Assembly: GCA_002269645.1 (NCBI GenBank)
Contig: NIVC01001983.1
Coordinates: forward strand, 1 to 64,000
From: Macrostomum lignano
Taxonomy: Eukaryota
DNA length: 64,000 nt
Reading direction: 5' to 3'
The position numbers and the translations under genes are program-made. A model generated the notes under the pieces. The model saw only the letters and a list, made by a program, of their open reading frames with translations. It did not search any database and was not told the origin of the DNA. This document shows, in pieces, positions 36,886 through 49,500 of this stretch; the stretch's first letter is position 1, and every line of letters begins with the position of its first letter.

Positions 36886-37131
36886 GCCACTGATGCCGCC
36901 GACACCACCGCCGCCACCGCCCTCTCCGCCTCCGGCACCTCCAGCCGTGCCACCAGCCCAGGCGCCATTGTTAGCACCTGGGCTGGCAGAGTTCGGGTTT
37001 GCAACGCCTGCAGCGCCACCGCTGACGCCGCCAGCCCCTGCGGATCCTCCGGCCGCCGCCGCTGCTGATGCTGTGTTTCTCGCCTGTTTGTAACGCCGCA
37101 AAGCTTCGCTAGGTTTAGTTGCCGGTCGCAT
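35621..37131 (-). CDS. Unassigned protein, about 324 aa: poly-Gly N-terminus, acidic and Gln-rich middle, two C-terminal hydrophobic helices
   Basis: Exon 36615-37131 ends at CTG G|gtgagc (phase 1). Exon 35621-36078 starts at cctacccgcag|AC (phase 1). The join gives one open frame ending ...[68 protein letters not shown]...*. GC-rich, codon-like sequence; the intron carries a SINE. Confidence 0.6.
36190..36494 (-). mobile_element. tRNA-derived SINE, family A
   Basis: Reverse complement begins GGGGTTGTAGCCTAATGGTCAGAGCTTCGGACTCACGA and aligns along its length to 60326-60637. Confidence 0.82.
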
Positions 37132-38524
37132 GCTTGTTTATATGTAGTTTTTTTATGCTTCTAAATGAACGTACACAGTATCAGTAAGAGTTATGAATGA
37201 GTCCATTTTAGATTTGCGGCAATAACGTTTAAAGGAAAGTTTTGATGCGCTAACTGTTTTAGCCATAAACTATTGAATTCAACTAAAGGGCAAGTAATCA
37301 ACAATTTAAAAGCCGCGAAAATTAATCCATGTACTCTTAACCCACCCCTGTGCTTGGAGGCTGGGTGCGCACGCCGCTGCTGTGGCTCAGCCTGTCCCTC
37401 TTACCCCACCCCTCTGTGCTTGGGGGGGGGGGTGCGCACGCCGCTGCTGTGGCTCAGCTTGTCCCTCTTACCCCACTCCTCTGTGCTTGGGGGGGGGGGT
37501 TGCGCACGCCGCTGCTGTGGCTCAGCCTGTCCCTCTTACCCCATCCCGATGCTTGGGTGTTTGTGACTCAGTTATCAATAATTTGATGCATACTCTCGTA
37601 GACGAAACACAATACTGTACAGTAGTTTAAAAAATGTGTTCATTTAAAAGTCTACAGATTTTTTATTTTAAAGATCGGTCAAAGAGAAGACATTAATTCG
37701 ACACTGAAACTGCTGCGTTTATTTGCAAAAATTACACCGAATTTATTGATTTTCAGGCCATAGAGAACCAAATCCGTTTGATAATACACTCACTCTGCAT
37801 CTCCTCTTCACCTTCCACCGGTCATTTGTATCTTTCCCTCCAATCTCCCTTCTCTCTCCTCTCTTGTGGCTCTCTAGTCAGGCATGCATCCACACGGTGA
37901 TATGAAAGTTCAAGACAACAGTTCAGTTAAATGTCGGGTTGAATCAAATCGACGGAGAGAAACTACGAGCAGCTTTTAAACAACTCACATAACTCGTATT
38001 GATAATATAGTGAAACGTATCTCTGGGGCGCAAAAAATACACGGATCAATCAGAGTGCATTGGCAAGCATGCAAAAAATTCATTTGCGCTGAGTGCATAA
38101 TAAATTAGTGTTAGCTAATCTATATATATATAGTCAAACATTTATATGCAAAATCTAATATTATTCTCTTGAAATAAAAACAACTATTGAAAATAAAATG
38201 ACACACTGTTCGCATTGTTCGACATTGCACCAAGTGACTACTGGCTGACTACTGGCTGACGGTATGAACTATGGAGCTCTACAGAAGACAAAAAATTCTA
38301 TGCTGCTGTCAGATTAAAACAAAAAATTATTCGAAAAGCAAAAAAGCAGGAAAAGGGAAGGAGAAAAAAAAACAGAAAAAGACAACAATTAGTAACACAA
38401 TAAAAGCGAGTGAAAGTTTCTATAAGTCAAAGCGGGCTCAACTACCGAGAGCTCGCGATGCGTCACTGACTCGTGTAGCTTGCGCAACATATCGCCAGTT
38501 CTGTGATGCAGCTGGTTTTTCAGC

Positions 38525-39290
38525 GTGGCGCCGATTTGTTTTGGGTTTGGGCGCCCAGTTGTTTTGGATTGGGCGCCGATTTGTTTTGGATTGGGCGCCG
38601 AGTTGTTTTGGATTGGGCGCCGAGTTGTTTTGGATTGGGCGCCGAGTTGTTTTGGATTGGGCGCCGAGTTGTTTTGGATTGGGCGCCGAGTTGTTTTGAA
38701 TTGGGCACCGAGTTGTTTTGGGTTTGGGCGCCCAGTTGTTTTGGATTGGGCGCCGATTTGTTTTGGGTTTGGGCGCCCAGTTGTTTTGGGTTTGGGCGCC
38801 GATTTGTTTTGGATTGGGCGCCCAGTTGTTTTGGATTGGGCGCCCAGTTGTTTTGGGTTTGGGCGCCGATTTGTTTTGGATTGGGCGCCGATTTGTTTTG
38901 GATTGGGCGCCCAGTTGTTTTGGGTTTGGACGCCGATTTGTTTTGGATTGGGCGCTTATTTGTTTTGGGTTTGGGCGCTTATTTGTTTTGGGTTTGGGCG
39001 CCGGGTTGTTTTGGGATTGGGCGCCCAGTTGTTTTGGGTTTTGGCGCCCAGTTGTTTTGGATTGGGCGCCCAGTTGTTTTGGGTTTGAGCGCCCAGTTGT
39101 TTTGGGTTTTGGCGCCCAGTTGTTTTGGGTTTGGGCGCCCAGTTGTTTTGGATTGGGCGCCCAGTTGTTTTGGATTGGGCGCCCAGTTGTTTTGGATTGG
39201 GCGCCCAGTTGTTTTGGATTGGGCGCCCAGTTGTTTTGGATTGGGCGCCCAGTTGTTTTGGGTTTGGGCGTCGAGTTATTTTGAAGTTGG
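38525..39290. repeat. 22-bp minisatellite (TTGTTTTGGATTGGGCGCCCAG)
   Basis: Tandem array; the WAPSCFG ORFs are artefacts. Confidence 0.97.
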
Positions 39291-39824
39291 CGCTAATATT
39301 TCTGGTTAGGTCTTGAAAGGAACCATTTGCTAATTATAGAAGCTGTATAGATTTCAAAAATACGAAACACCTGATCTCAACGAATATTTCAAATTTTCAT
39401 GCTTGATGAAGAAAAAGCGAGAAAGCAAAGCGACTAATGTGGGAAAAAAGACGGAAAAGAAACTGATTGAATAGCACAGCATGCTGCTGGTAGCTGCATC
39501 GACGGACGAGCCAAAAGTCGATAAAAAATAAGAATCGTAAAACAGCAGAAAAATGTCATGGGTCGCATTGTTGTCAAATTATCTGAATAAATAATGCTGG
39601 CAAAAAACTTTAACTTCAATTAAGGGGAAGTCCAGATGTGAAGCATAAAAATTCTCAAAATGAAATTTGTTAGTTTGTTTTGAAAATAACGTTTTTTTGA
39701 ATAAATTTACGGACTTTATGGCGAAAAAAATAGGGTTACATCAAATATTGTATTTTGCATGGCAAACTGCCTTCCCTTAATTCTGTCTCATTGCATTGCA
39801 TGCACTTTCTCGCCTGAGGTGCTC

Positions 39825-40462
39825 TCAGATCCTGTTCTGCACGATCACCCGGGCCGCGCCATTGGTTGAAGACGAGTTGATGTAGGACCCGGTGGCCGTC
39901 AGCGGTTGCTGAAAAATTCGATGAGAGATTTTCTAATGGTAGAAGCTGACAAAGAGCATTGGTCAACAAAGAGTAATTTACTAAACCGCGGGATTGTAGA
40001 AACTCAGAAGGGAAAAGGCCAAAGGTAGAAATGTCAAAAGTGGTTAGGAAACAAAGACTAAAGGGTCACGGAACAAAGACTAAAGGGTCAACGGAACAAA
40101 GACTAAAGTGTCATGGAACAAAGACTTAAATGTCTCGGAACAAGGACTAAGGGGTCATGGAAAAAACTATATGTGGTCAAAGAAAAAATGACGGGTCTTG
40201 TTGAGTAATAACTAAGAATACTAACAGTTACAAATACCAGAATGGTGCACGGGTACAAAGACCAACTTTTAGAAGACAAAGAAGCAATCCAAGGAATTCG
40301 AACCAACCTGAGACTCGTAGGCGGCGGCGGGGTCGCTGGCGGCGTAGTAACCAGCGGGCTTGCGGCCCATCTCCCGGCCCCACTCTCGGTCTGGCTGGGA
40401 AAGCAGCCTGACTTTCTGCCGGGGGTTGTTGGGCGATGGGTTCGTGTGATTTTCGTAATTGG

Positions 40463-40527
<65 letters not shown>

Positions 40528-43500
40528 CTGCATAATAGGCTCCGGAGACTTCAGCTGGTAGATTTTATAAGCGGCCACCCCGGGAATCGGCGTGATCACC
40601 AACACGGAGATGATGGCCCCAAGGATGTCGGCCGCCTTAGGAAACGTGTAGTTGGCATACTTGGACGGCTTCACGGACACGTAGGTAAACGTGGCCACGG
40701 CGACAATCACCAGCGGGGAGAAGTACTTCCAGATGTACTTCCAGGCCCGGCTGACTGGCCGGCCGTGCCGCATTTCGGCCACGTTGTCCAAGAAACGATC
40801 GGCGCCGTACACCCAGGTGATGACCATCAGCTCGGCGAAGCCAACAACCAGCACGGAGTAGGTGCAGCAGTAGTTGTCCAGCAGTTGCAGTACGAACATG
40901 CCACCCTGTTAAAAGGGCAGCGAATGCAGCTAAAGGGATTTCAACTGAAGCTTTGGAATGAAGCCCTAAGTAAAGCTAGAATCCTGGAAGCACAGTTTTG
41001 GTCTGTAGCTCTGTGTAGGTGTAGGTGCAGTTGTAGACATAGTGCAGGTGTAGGCAGAGTGCAGGTGTAGGCACTCTGTGTTGAGAAAATGATGGGAAAA
41101 AGCTTACCCTAGTGGTGCACGGCAGTCCGAGGATGAAGGCCACGAAGCAGATGCCGATTAGCACACCGAGAGGCCTCTGGCCGCGATTAAACACCGAGGA
41201 CCAATTGTCGCACAGAGCAGTCTTGAGCGTATTCACATTGGATATCATTGTGCCGAAGCCCAATGTGAGCAGCATAGCAAAGAATAGGGAGGCCCAGAAT
41301 GGCGACAGAGGCAGCGAGGTCACGATATCCGGGTAGAGAATGAAGGCCAGACCGGCACCTGCGGCGAGGATAGGGAGGCGTGGGTTTGGGCCATAGACTA
41401 ATCAACGGACCATGGAGATTTGTGCACAGATTCTGGCCTGAGGTAAAGCAATACTGAGCCTGAACTGTGTAAAGGCTTATTTGAGAGGTACAGAGGGTGT
41501 AACTCTTTGCCTGAGGCTTGCAACCGTGCCCTCCAAGGCACAAACTTTCTCATCTGTGATTTACAAGCACGACTTGACTGTTTCCAAAATATAGGAACCA
41601 GATATAACACAGAATCAGTAAAACAAATCACGATCCCCCAAATTCTTAGAATTAAGCCTTAATTTGCTTAAACATTTCGCATTTGCCCGTCTTCAGCAAC
41701 ATTCTTCATGAATTTAAGTCGGCAAGCTTATGATGCCACCTTGGATAAAGACATGTTACATGTAAATTCGTGTGATCGTTGTAATAATAGAAGGTAAGAC
41801 ATCAGGTGCTTGAACTTGTAGATTAACAATAATCATAACTCTTGTCAAAAGCTTTGAAGTTTTAGTTAAATTTAGCCATACACTCTTGTTAAATATTGAT
41901 TAAAGCAATGAAAAGTGTTTTGGAATTACTTTATTTGCGCCCTTCTCTGCGCCCCAGTGGAGATGAATTTCCATATTTAAAAAAGCCGCCTTCATTTTCC
42001 CTTAAAGCAATGAAAGAACGATGAAATAATATTTCACCCTAACCATAATAACCCTAGCCACTGACACATCTACCTTGACTATTTTACGCTAGACAAGTAT
42101 AGAAAGCATCGATATAGATCTCAATTTAACAGAGTCTTGATTGACTGCAATTTGGTGGAGATAATATTGAATATAAATTGTTGGATTGCATGCAATTTAC
42201 AAGAGCGTATTTTGATTGGTTTTAGTTTTATGATGAAGAGAATTTTGATGGATTGTACTTTAACTGATAACTGAGATGAAATTGATGTAGTTTCACCTAA
42301 AGAATTTTAATGAACTTTAGTTCCCATGTTTAACTTTTCCATCTCAACTTCCGGTGTTTAACTTCCGGGGCTCACATTCCGCAGATTCTCCTCCAACGGA
42401 GGAGTTGGACTCGTTTAATCATAAATTATTGTTAAAAAGTGATTGAAAAGTCCTGAGAAACAACCCAAGACTGGAGAAACGGAGACCTTCGAGTGTCAGC
42501 ACTTCAGACAGCGCGTAGTCCCGGAGAGAAAAATTAATTACAAGCCTATCGATTCCACGTGCCAATCCAGTGTTGCGGAAGAATTGGCAAAAAAGTGCAT
42601 TGCTCATGAACAGCTAAAAGCAGAAGGACGTTATTTCAGCACTGATTGCCTAATATCTTTAGCTTCTGGCCTTCGAACTTAAAAAAATGAAGCGTATGTG
42701 TTTTGTCTGAGGTTGATTGACAAGTTTGACAAGTTGAGAGCGGCAACGTTTAACATGCAGTAGTGCTTTTAAAATCCAACTAACCTTGTGAGTGCACCTG
42801 GGACAAAAGAAATGTCAATGTGAGATACTGGGAACTCAGTGCAGAAAACCTGCATTTGGCATCGAGAACCGGCAGAACCAGCGGGTCGTCCGTGACATTG
42901 CTGTTAATGTCTGAATAAACGCATCAAAGTTCAGCTCACCGTCTTTAGCCACAGCGTTGATGGGCAGAGACATCACGTGACTCATGTAGCCGAGGACGCA
43001 GAAAACGGTCATGCCGGAGTACACGGAGGTGGCGCCGTCGCCAAACGATACAATAAGAGCATCGCTGCAATGCGTTATAATAATTTTGCATATTGGTAAA
43101 GACAATAAACTAGATATCAACTGTAATACTTACAGCAGGGCATTGTTGTGAAACTGATTGTAGCTGCTCAGAGCTATGATGCCGCCCCAGCCGCTGGATA
43201 GTGAGAAGAACACCTGAGGACAAAAGTTATTGCAATTTTTTAAAGAATACGACCTACTTGCAGTTTTGGGCGAACCGCCCTTGTTTTGAGGCGACTCTAG
43301 GTGTGGCTTAGGGGCGACTCTCAGTGTGGTTTAGGGGCGACTCTCGGGATGGTTTAGGGGCGACTCTCAGTGTGGTTTAGGGGCGACTCTCAGTGTGGTT
43401 TAGGGGCGACTCTCGGGGTGGTTTAGGGGCGATTTTCGGTGTGGTTTAGGGGCGACTCTCAGTGTGGTTTAGGGGCGACTCTCGGGATGGTTTAGGGGCG

Positions 43501-46500
43501 ACTCTCAGTGTGGTTTAGGGGCGACTCTCGGGGTGGTTTAGGGGCGACTCTCAGTGTGGTTTAGGGGCGACTCTCAGTGTGGTTTAGGGGCGACTCTCAG
43601 TGTGGTTTAGGGGCGACTCTCAGTGGGGTTTAGGGGCGACTATCAGTGGGGTTTAGGGGCGACTCTCAGTGGGGTTTAGGGGCGACTATCAGTGGGGTTT
43701 AGGGGCGACTCTCAGTGTGGTTTAGGGGTGACTCTCAGTGGGGTTTAGGGGCGACTCTCAGTGTGGTTTAGGGGCGACTCTCAGTGTGGTTTAGGGACGA
43801 CTCTCAGTGGGGTTTAGGGGCGACTCTCAGTGTGATTTAGGGACGACTCTCAGTGTGGTTTAGGGGCGACTCTCAGTGTGGTTTAGGGACGACTCTCAGT
43901 GGGGTTTAGGGGCGACTCTCAGTGGGGTTTAGGGGAGACTCTCAGTGGGGTTTTGGGCAATTCTAAGGGCGGCGTAGGAGGGTGCTCAATATGATCAAAG
44001 GAAGAGCTCAGAGAGGTTGAGAAGGGTGCTCGGAATGGTTGAGAAGGGTGCTCAGAATAGTTGAGAAGGGTTGCTCAGAGAGGTTGAGAAGGGTTGCTCA
44101 GAGTGGTTGAGAAGGTGCTCAAAATGGTTGAGAAGGGTGCTCAGAATGGTTGAGAAGGGTGCCCAGAGTGGTTGAGAAGAGAGAAGGTTTATAAACAAGT
44201 CAGAGTTAATTCAGCTCACCTGAATAGCGGCATCGCCCCACACATTGGGATCGGCAAGGCGGTCCCATTTGGGCACAAAGAAGTACTCCAGTCCCTTCAT
44301 GCTGCCCTCCAGTGTGAGGCCTCTGATTAGCAATATCGTGAGCACGAGATACGGAAACAGGCTGGTGAAGTACACGGCCTGTGTCGGGGCGTGGAGACAA
44401 GAGGGTTTGTATTTGTGACAAAACCGAATGCGCCAGGTGTGGGTGAGACTGTCTGGGTTTGCCTTGCAAATGCCTTGCATCTTAAATTTCCTTGAATTAA
44501 TTCTCACCTTGCCAGCCGACTTGACGCCTCGAATCAGACACAGAATAACAACCACCCAGGCCGCGAACAGGCACAGAACCAGTTCCCACTTGGGGAAGCC
44601 GAGATCGTGAAAACCATTCGATATTGACAGCACAAAATTGCTGCGGGTTTGTGTTTGCCGGATTGGGAAATTAATGCGACCGAACATGCTCAGCATTACT
44701 ATAAGTAGACAAAGATCTTTCCCCACACCAGAGCTTGTCTCCGAGAAAATCTCAGCCCGAGATCTTTCCCCCCACATCAGAGCTTGTCTCCGGCAGAATC
44801 TCAGCCTGAGATCTTTCCCCTCACATCAGAGCTTGTCTCCGGCAGAATCTCAGCCCGAGATCTTTCCCCCCACATCAGAGCTTGTCTCCGGGAGAATCTC
44901 AGCCTGAGATCTTTCCCCACACCAGAGCTTGTCTCCGGCAGAATCTCAGCCTGAGATCTTTCCCCCCCCCACATCAGAGCTTGTCTCCGGCAGAATCTCA
45001 GCCCGAGATCTTTCCCCCCACATCAGAGCTTGTCTCCGGGAGAATCTCAGCCTGAGATCTTTCCCCACATCAGAGCTTTTCTCCGGCAGAATCTCAGCCT
45101 GAGATCTTTCCCCCCCACATCAGAGCTTGTCTCCGGGAGAATCTCAGCCTGAGATCTTTCCCCACATCAGAGCTTGTCTCCGGCAGAATCTCAGCCTGAG
45201 ATCTTTTTCCACACCAGAGCTTGTCTCCAGGAGAATCTCAGCCTGAGATCTTTCCCCACACCAGAGCTTGTCTCCAGGAGAATCTCAGCCTGAGATCTTT
45301 CCCCACATCAGAGCTTTTCTCCGGCAGAATCTCAGCCTGAGATCTCTTCTCTCATCAGAGCTTGTCTCCAGGAAAATCTCAGCCTGAGATCTTTCCCCGC
45401 AGCAGAGCTTGTCTCCGGGAGAATCTCAGCCTGAGATCTCTTCTCTCATCAGAGCTTGTCTCCAGGAGAATCTCAGCCTGAGATCTTTTTCCACACCAGA
45501 GCTTGTCTCCGGGAGAATCTCAGCCTGAGATCTTTCCCCCCCCACATCAGAGCTTGTCTCCGGGAGAATCTCAGCCTGAGATCTTTCCCCGCAGCAGAGC
45601 TTGTCTCCGGCAGAATCTCAGCCTGAGATCTTTCCCCACATCAGAGCTTGTCTCCGGCAGAATCTCAGCCTGAGATCTTTTTCCACACCAGAGCTTGTCT
45701 CCAGGAGAATCTCAGCCTGAGATCTTTCCCCACACCAGAGCTTGTCTCCAGGAGAATCTCAGCCTGAGATCTTTCCCCACATCAGAGCTTTTCTCCGGCA
45801 GAATCTCAGCCTGAGATCTCTTCCCTCATCAGAGCTTGTCTCCGGGAGAATCTCAGCCTGAGATCTCTTCTCTCATCAGAGCTTGTCTCCAGGAGAATCT
45901 CAGCCTGAGATCTTTCCCCACATCAGAGCTTTTCTCCGGCAGAATCTCAGCCTGAGATCTCTTCTCTCATCAGAGCTTGTCTCCAGGAAAATCTCAGCCT
46001 GAGATCTTTCCCCGCAGCAGAGCTTGTCTCCGGGAGAATCTCAGCCTGAGATCTCTTCTCTCATCAGAGCTTGTCTCCAGGAGAATCTCAGCCTGAGATC
46101 TTTCCCCGCAGCAGAGCTTGTCTCCGGGAGAATGTCAGCCTGAGAAACGAAGCAAAAGCAAAAACTCCTTAAAAAGGAAATGTTAGTGGGATCTTAGTGA
46201 GGAGGGATTATCCTACTGGCTGAGATGCCTCAGACCGGAGTGTCCCAGAATCCTCTAAAATTGCCGGGTAAGAAAACTCATCAAGCAGAAAGATGAGTTA
46301 AGTTAATAAGCAGGGATTCTGGATGCTGTTCAAACGGATTTCCCGTGTATTCTTTGCCACACTGGGGGAGAATTCATTTCCTAATTGACAGCTCGGAGTT
46401 GCTTCCTGTCTGCACAGCCTCTGGCCTCCGCAATCTTCTAGTACTTATTGCATTTGACAAATAGTACTAGTGCCTTCTGGAACTATTAATAATATTCTAA

Positions 46501-49500
46501 CTTAATTTACAATTTCTTCAAAAACTCGTCCTTTCTCGCCAAACAGGACGACTGACTTTCTTTTATGCTTGTCCTGCGGGGAAATTCCAGCAGTCACGCG
46601 GACTGGGGCTGACTTGGCACGGGAGTGTTGGTTATTTTAAAAAAAATTCTGGGGAATTTCCACTGTCTCCGGAGGAGACGAACGAGTCCAAGTCAAGTCG
46701 GAGCGATCGGGCGAACGACGCCACGCGCACGCGCAGAAAGAGTGCAAGAGACCAGCTGTCTGTCAAAGTGGAGTGGGCTGAGAGTGGCGCACAAAAGCAA
46801 CACTGAATAGCATTAGTGCTGCTTCACTTTTGTTTCTGCTTCGTGTGCAAGCGATTGAGTTTTCCTCACGCACAAGCCCCCGCCCCGAACCCCAATTCGT
46901 GAAAGCTAAGAGAAAAAATGCTAGGATCAGTAGAGTAATAAAAGTACAAGCAAAACTGACGCAAAACAATATTAACAGGGATGCAGTGTTGTTGGGCCTT
47001 AGATTGGATGGTTCAGAGGCGACCCTCACTGCTTTGTGTGGTTTAGGGACGACTCTCAGTGTGGTTTAGGGGTGACTCTCAGTGTGGTTTAGGGACGACT
47101 CTCGGGGTGGTTTAGGGGTGACTCTCAGTGTGGTTTAGGGGCGACTCTCGGGGTGGTTTAGGGGTGACTCTCAGTGTGGTTTAGGGACGACTCTCAGTGT
47201 GCTTTAGGGGCGACTCTCGGAATGGTTTAGGGGCGACTCTCAGTGTGGTTTAGGGGCGACTCTCAGTGTGGTTTAGGGGCGACTCTCAGTGTGGTTTAGG
47301 GGCGACTCTCAGTGTGATTTAGGGGTGACTCTCAGTGTGGTTTAGGGACGACTCTCGGGGTGGTTTAGGGGTGACTCTCAGTGTGGTTTAGGGGCGACTC
47401 TCGGGGTGTTTTAGGGGTGACTCTCAGTGTGGTTTAGGGACGACTCTCAGTGTGCTTTAGGGGCGACTCTCGGAATGGTTTAGGGGCGACTCTCAGTGTG
47501 GTTTAGGGGCGACTCTCAGTGTGGTTTAGGGGCGACTCTCAGTGTGGTTTAGGGGCGACTCTCAGTGTGGTTTAGGGGTGACTCTCGGTGTGGTTTAGGG
47601 GGTGACTCTCAGTGTGGTTTGGGAGCGACTCATTTCAAAAGACGCTCAGTGATGCTTTCAAGTGAAGTTAATCTCTGGAGTAGAAACTGTCATCCAGTAA
47701 GCCTAAGCACATGGCAGCACTCACTGGAAGTACAGATCGCTGGGCGACCTGGGCTTGTCCACAGTGCCCAGAAAGCGGGCCAGTTGGCTGACATTGCCGG
47801 ACGAATTCAGTCCAGCGGCCGTGCTGTAGAGCTCGTCCAGCAGCGGCGCGGTGGCATTGCCGGTTGACTCGTCCACCAGCCAGCTGGCGCCGTCAGGCAG
47901 CAGGCAGGAGTGGTTGTGAGCGATGGCGAAGAAGCCGCCCTGGCGCCAGCAGCGGTTGCGATCGGACATTGTCCGAATCAGCATGCAGTCTGCACGGGTT
48001 GGGTGAGTGGAGTTGTGATACTAACGCGACTTTAGCATCGTCAAGCAGTGTAGACTTGTAGACTTAGTTTTCATGGGCAAAGTGAAATGCTGAGAAAAGT
48101 GAGAAGTGATTCCTGAGCACATACAAGCGCTCACGCTCACACAGGGTGTACATCGGCCCTGATTTTCTAACCATTAGACATGTGCACTCTCTGTGACTTG
48201 ATGATTGGCCTTAATTGGTCAATGGGGGGGGGTTTAGTTGTCCCTGAAGATCTGGTAAACATGCTGAACTTTGATAGTACTGCTAAATGATATATAAGTA
48301 AATAAACAGAAATTACCGGAAAGACTAGAGGGGAAATGAATCAACACTGAGCAGATGGTGCCCCCGCGGTCCAACTCAAACCGAACTGGACCCGCTAGAC
48401 CGGAAATCGCTGCTCAATTTATTATATTGTATCAGCCAGCCGGCTCCGTATATCTCTAGCGCCGCCGAGTGCATTTCAGTAATAAGCTTCAGCCATAAAT
48501 AGCCTTATCTGTTATACTTATCGGTCTGCCATTCAATCGAGCGAGAAAAAAATAAAGTTCCAACAACAGAGAACGGAGAGGTCCACTTTTCCGTGCACTC
48601 AATAACAGTGTGATCGGTGACCTGCACTTAGGCATTTTCCATTCTATATCTGATATCTGATACAGGGGCGTCCCACTCGACAAGGCAAAGTTTTGCTGCA
48701 TCACAAAATTCCTAAAAGTGTCCGGAATTTCGTTCCGCACGACGTTAGCAGCACCGTCGAGGTATTCGATGATTCCTTCGAGTGGATTTTGCCTAAAAAA
48801 GGCTAGTTCGCAGAGGGACTTTGTGCGTTGCCGCAAATTTAAAAAGGACGCTTTACAAGATTAAAATTTTGTGTCGGAAATTCTTGCAAAGCCGAAATAG
48901 AGTTTAGAGCTAGGGTTAGGCTTGGTGATAGTGCTAGTGTTGGTATTATTGTTAGTGTTGTTGTTGGTGTTGGTGTTGGTGTTGGTGTTGGTGTTGGTGT
49001 TATTGTTTGTGTTTGTGTTGGTGTTAGTGATAGTGTTGGTGTTGGTGTTGGTGTTATTGTTGGTGTTAGTGATAGTGTTGGTGTTATTGTTAGTGTTTGT
49101 GTTGGTGTTGGTGATAGTGTTGGTGTTGGTGTTAGTGTTAGAAAATGCCAATCAGTGTCTGCATAAACTTTGATAGATGCTTATTAACCGTCAGGACAGA
49201 CCTTCTGGACCTTCTGCGGTTAGATAAAACGCATACAAAAACAACTTATTACAACTTACTGCCAGGGTTCCAGTCGGCGGAGCAGGTTGTCCAGGGCAGG
49301 CTGCCACTAAACGAGGTGATGCTCTTCCAAAAGTACATCAGAGTCCAGGCCAGCAGCATGTTGTAATAGATGCTGCCAAAAAACGTCACCAAAATCATTG
49401 ACCAACCGATGCCTGTCAAAGTTGTTATTTACGGTTAGAAAACTAAAATCCATTAGTGCCATTAGTAAACAGAATGACGTATCATTTGTGTACATTAGTT

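Noticed and set aside
36705-37093. Poly-Ala and poly-Pro ORFs in other frames
   Set aside because: Shadow frames of the GGC repeat; only the poly-Gly frame has an ATG, a unique flank and a phase-compatible donor.
38271-39316. Overlapping Trp/Gly-rich ORFs
   Set aside because: All frames are open because of the 22-bp repeat; no splice or codon evidence.
43290-43955. Telomere-like TTTAGGGG in the 23-bp unit
   Set aside because: Embedded in a longer unit; no (TTAGGG)n tract.
44712-46143. Hammerhead-ribozyme resemblance on the minus strand (CTGATG..GAAA followed by a hairpin and CUC)
   Set aside because: Units with CTGATGA lack GAAA, units with GAAA have CTGATGT, stem II is absent and stem I cannot pair.
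48489-48836. 115-aa non-repetitive ORF in SLC6 intron 4
   Set aside because: No ATG start, no motif, and SLC6 exons 4-5 join in frame without it.
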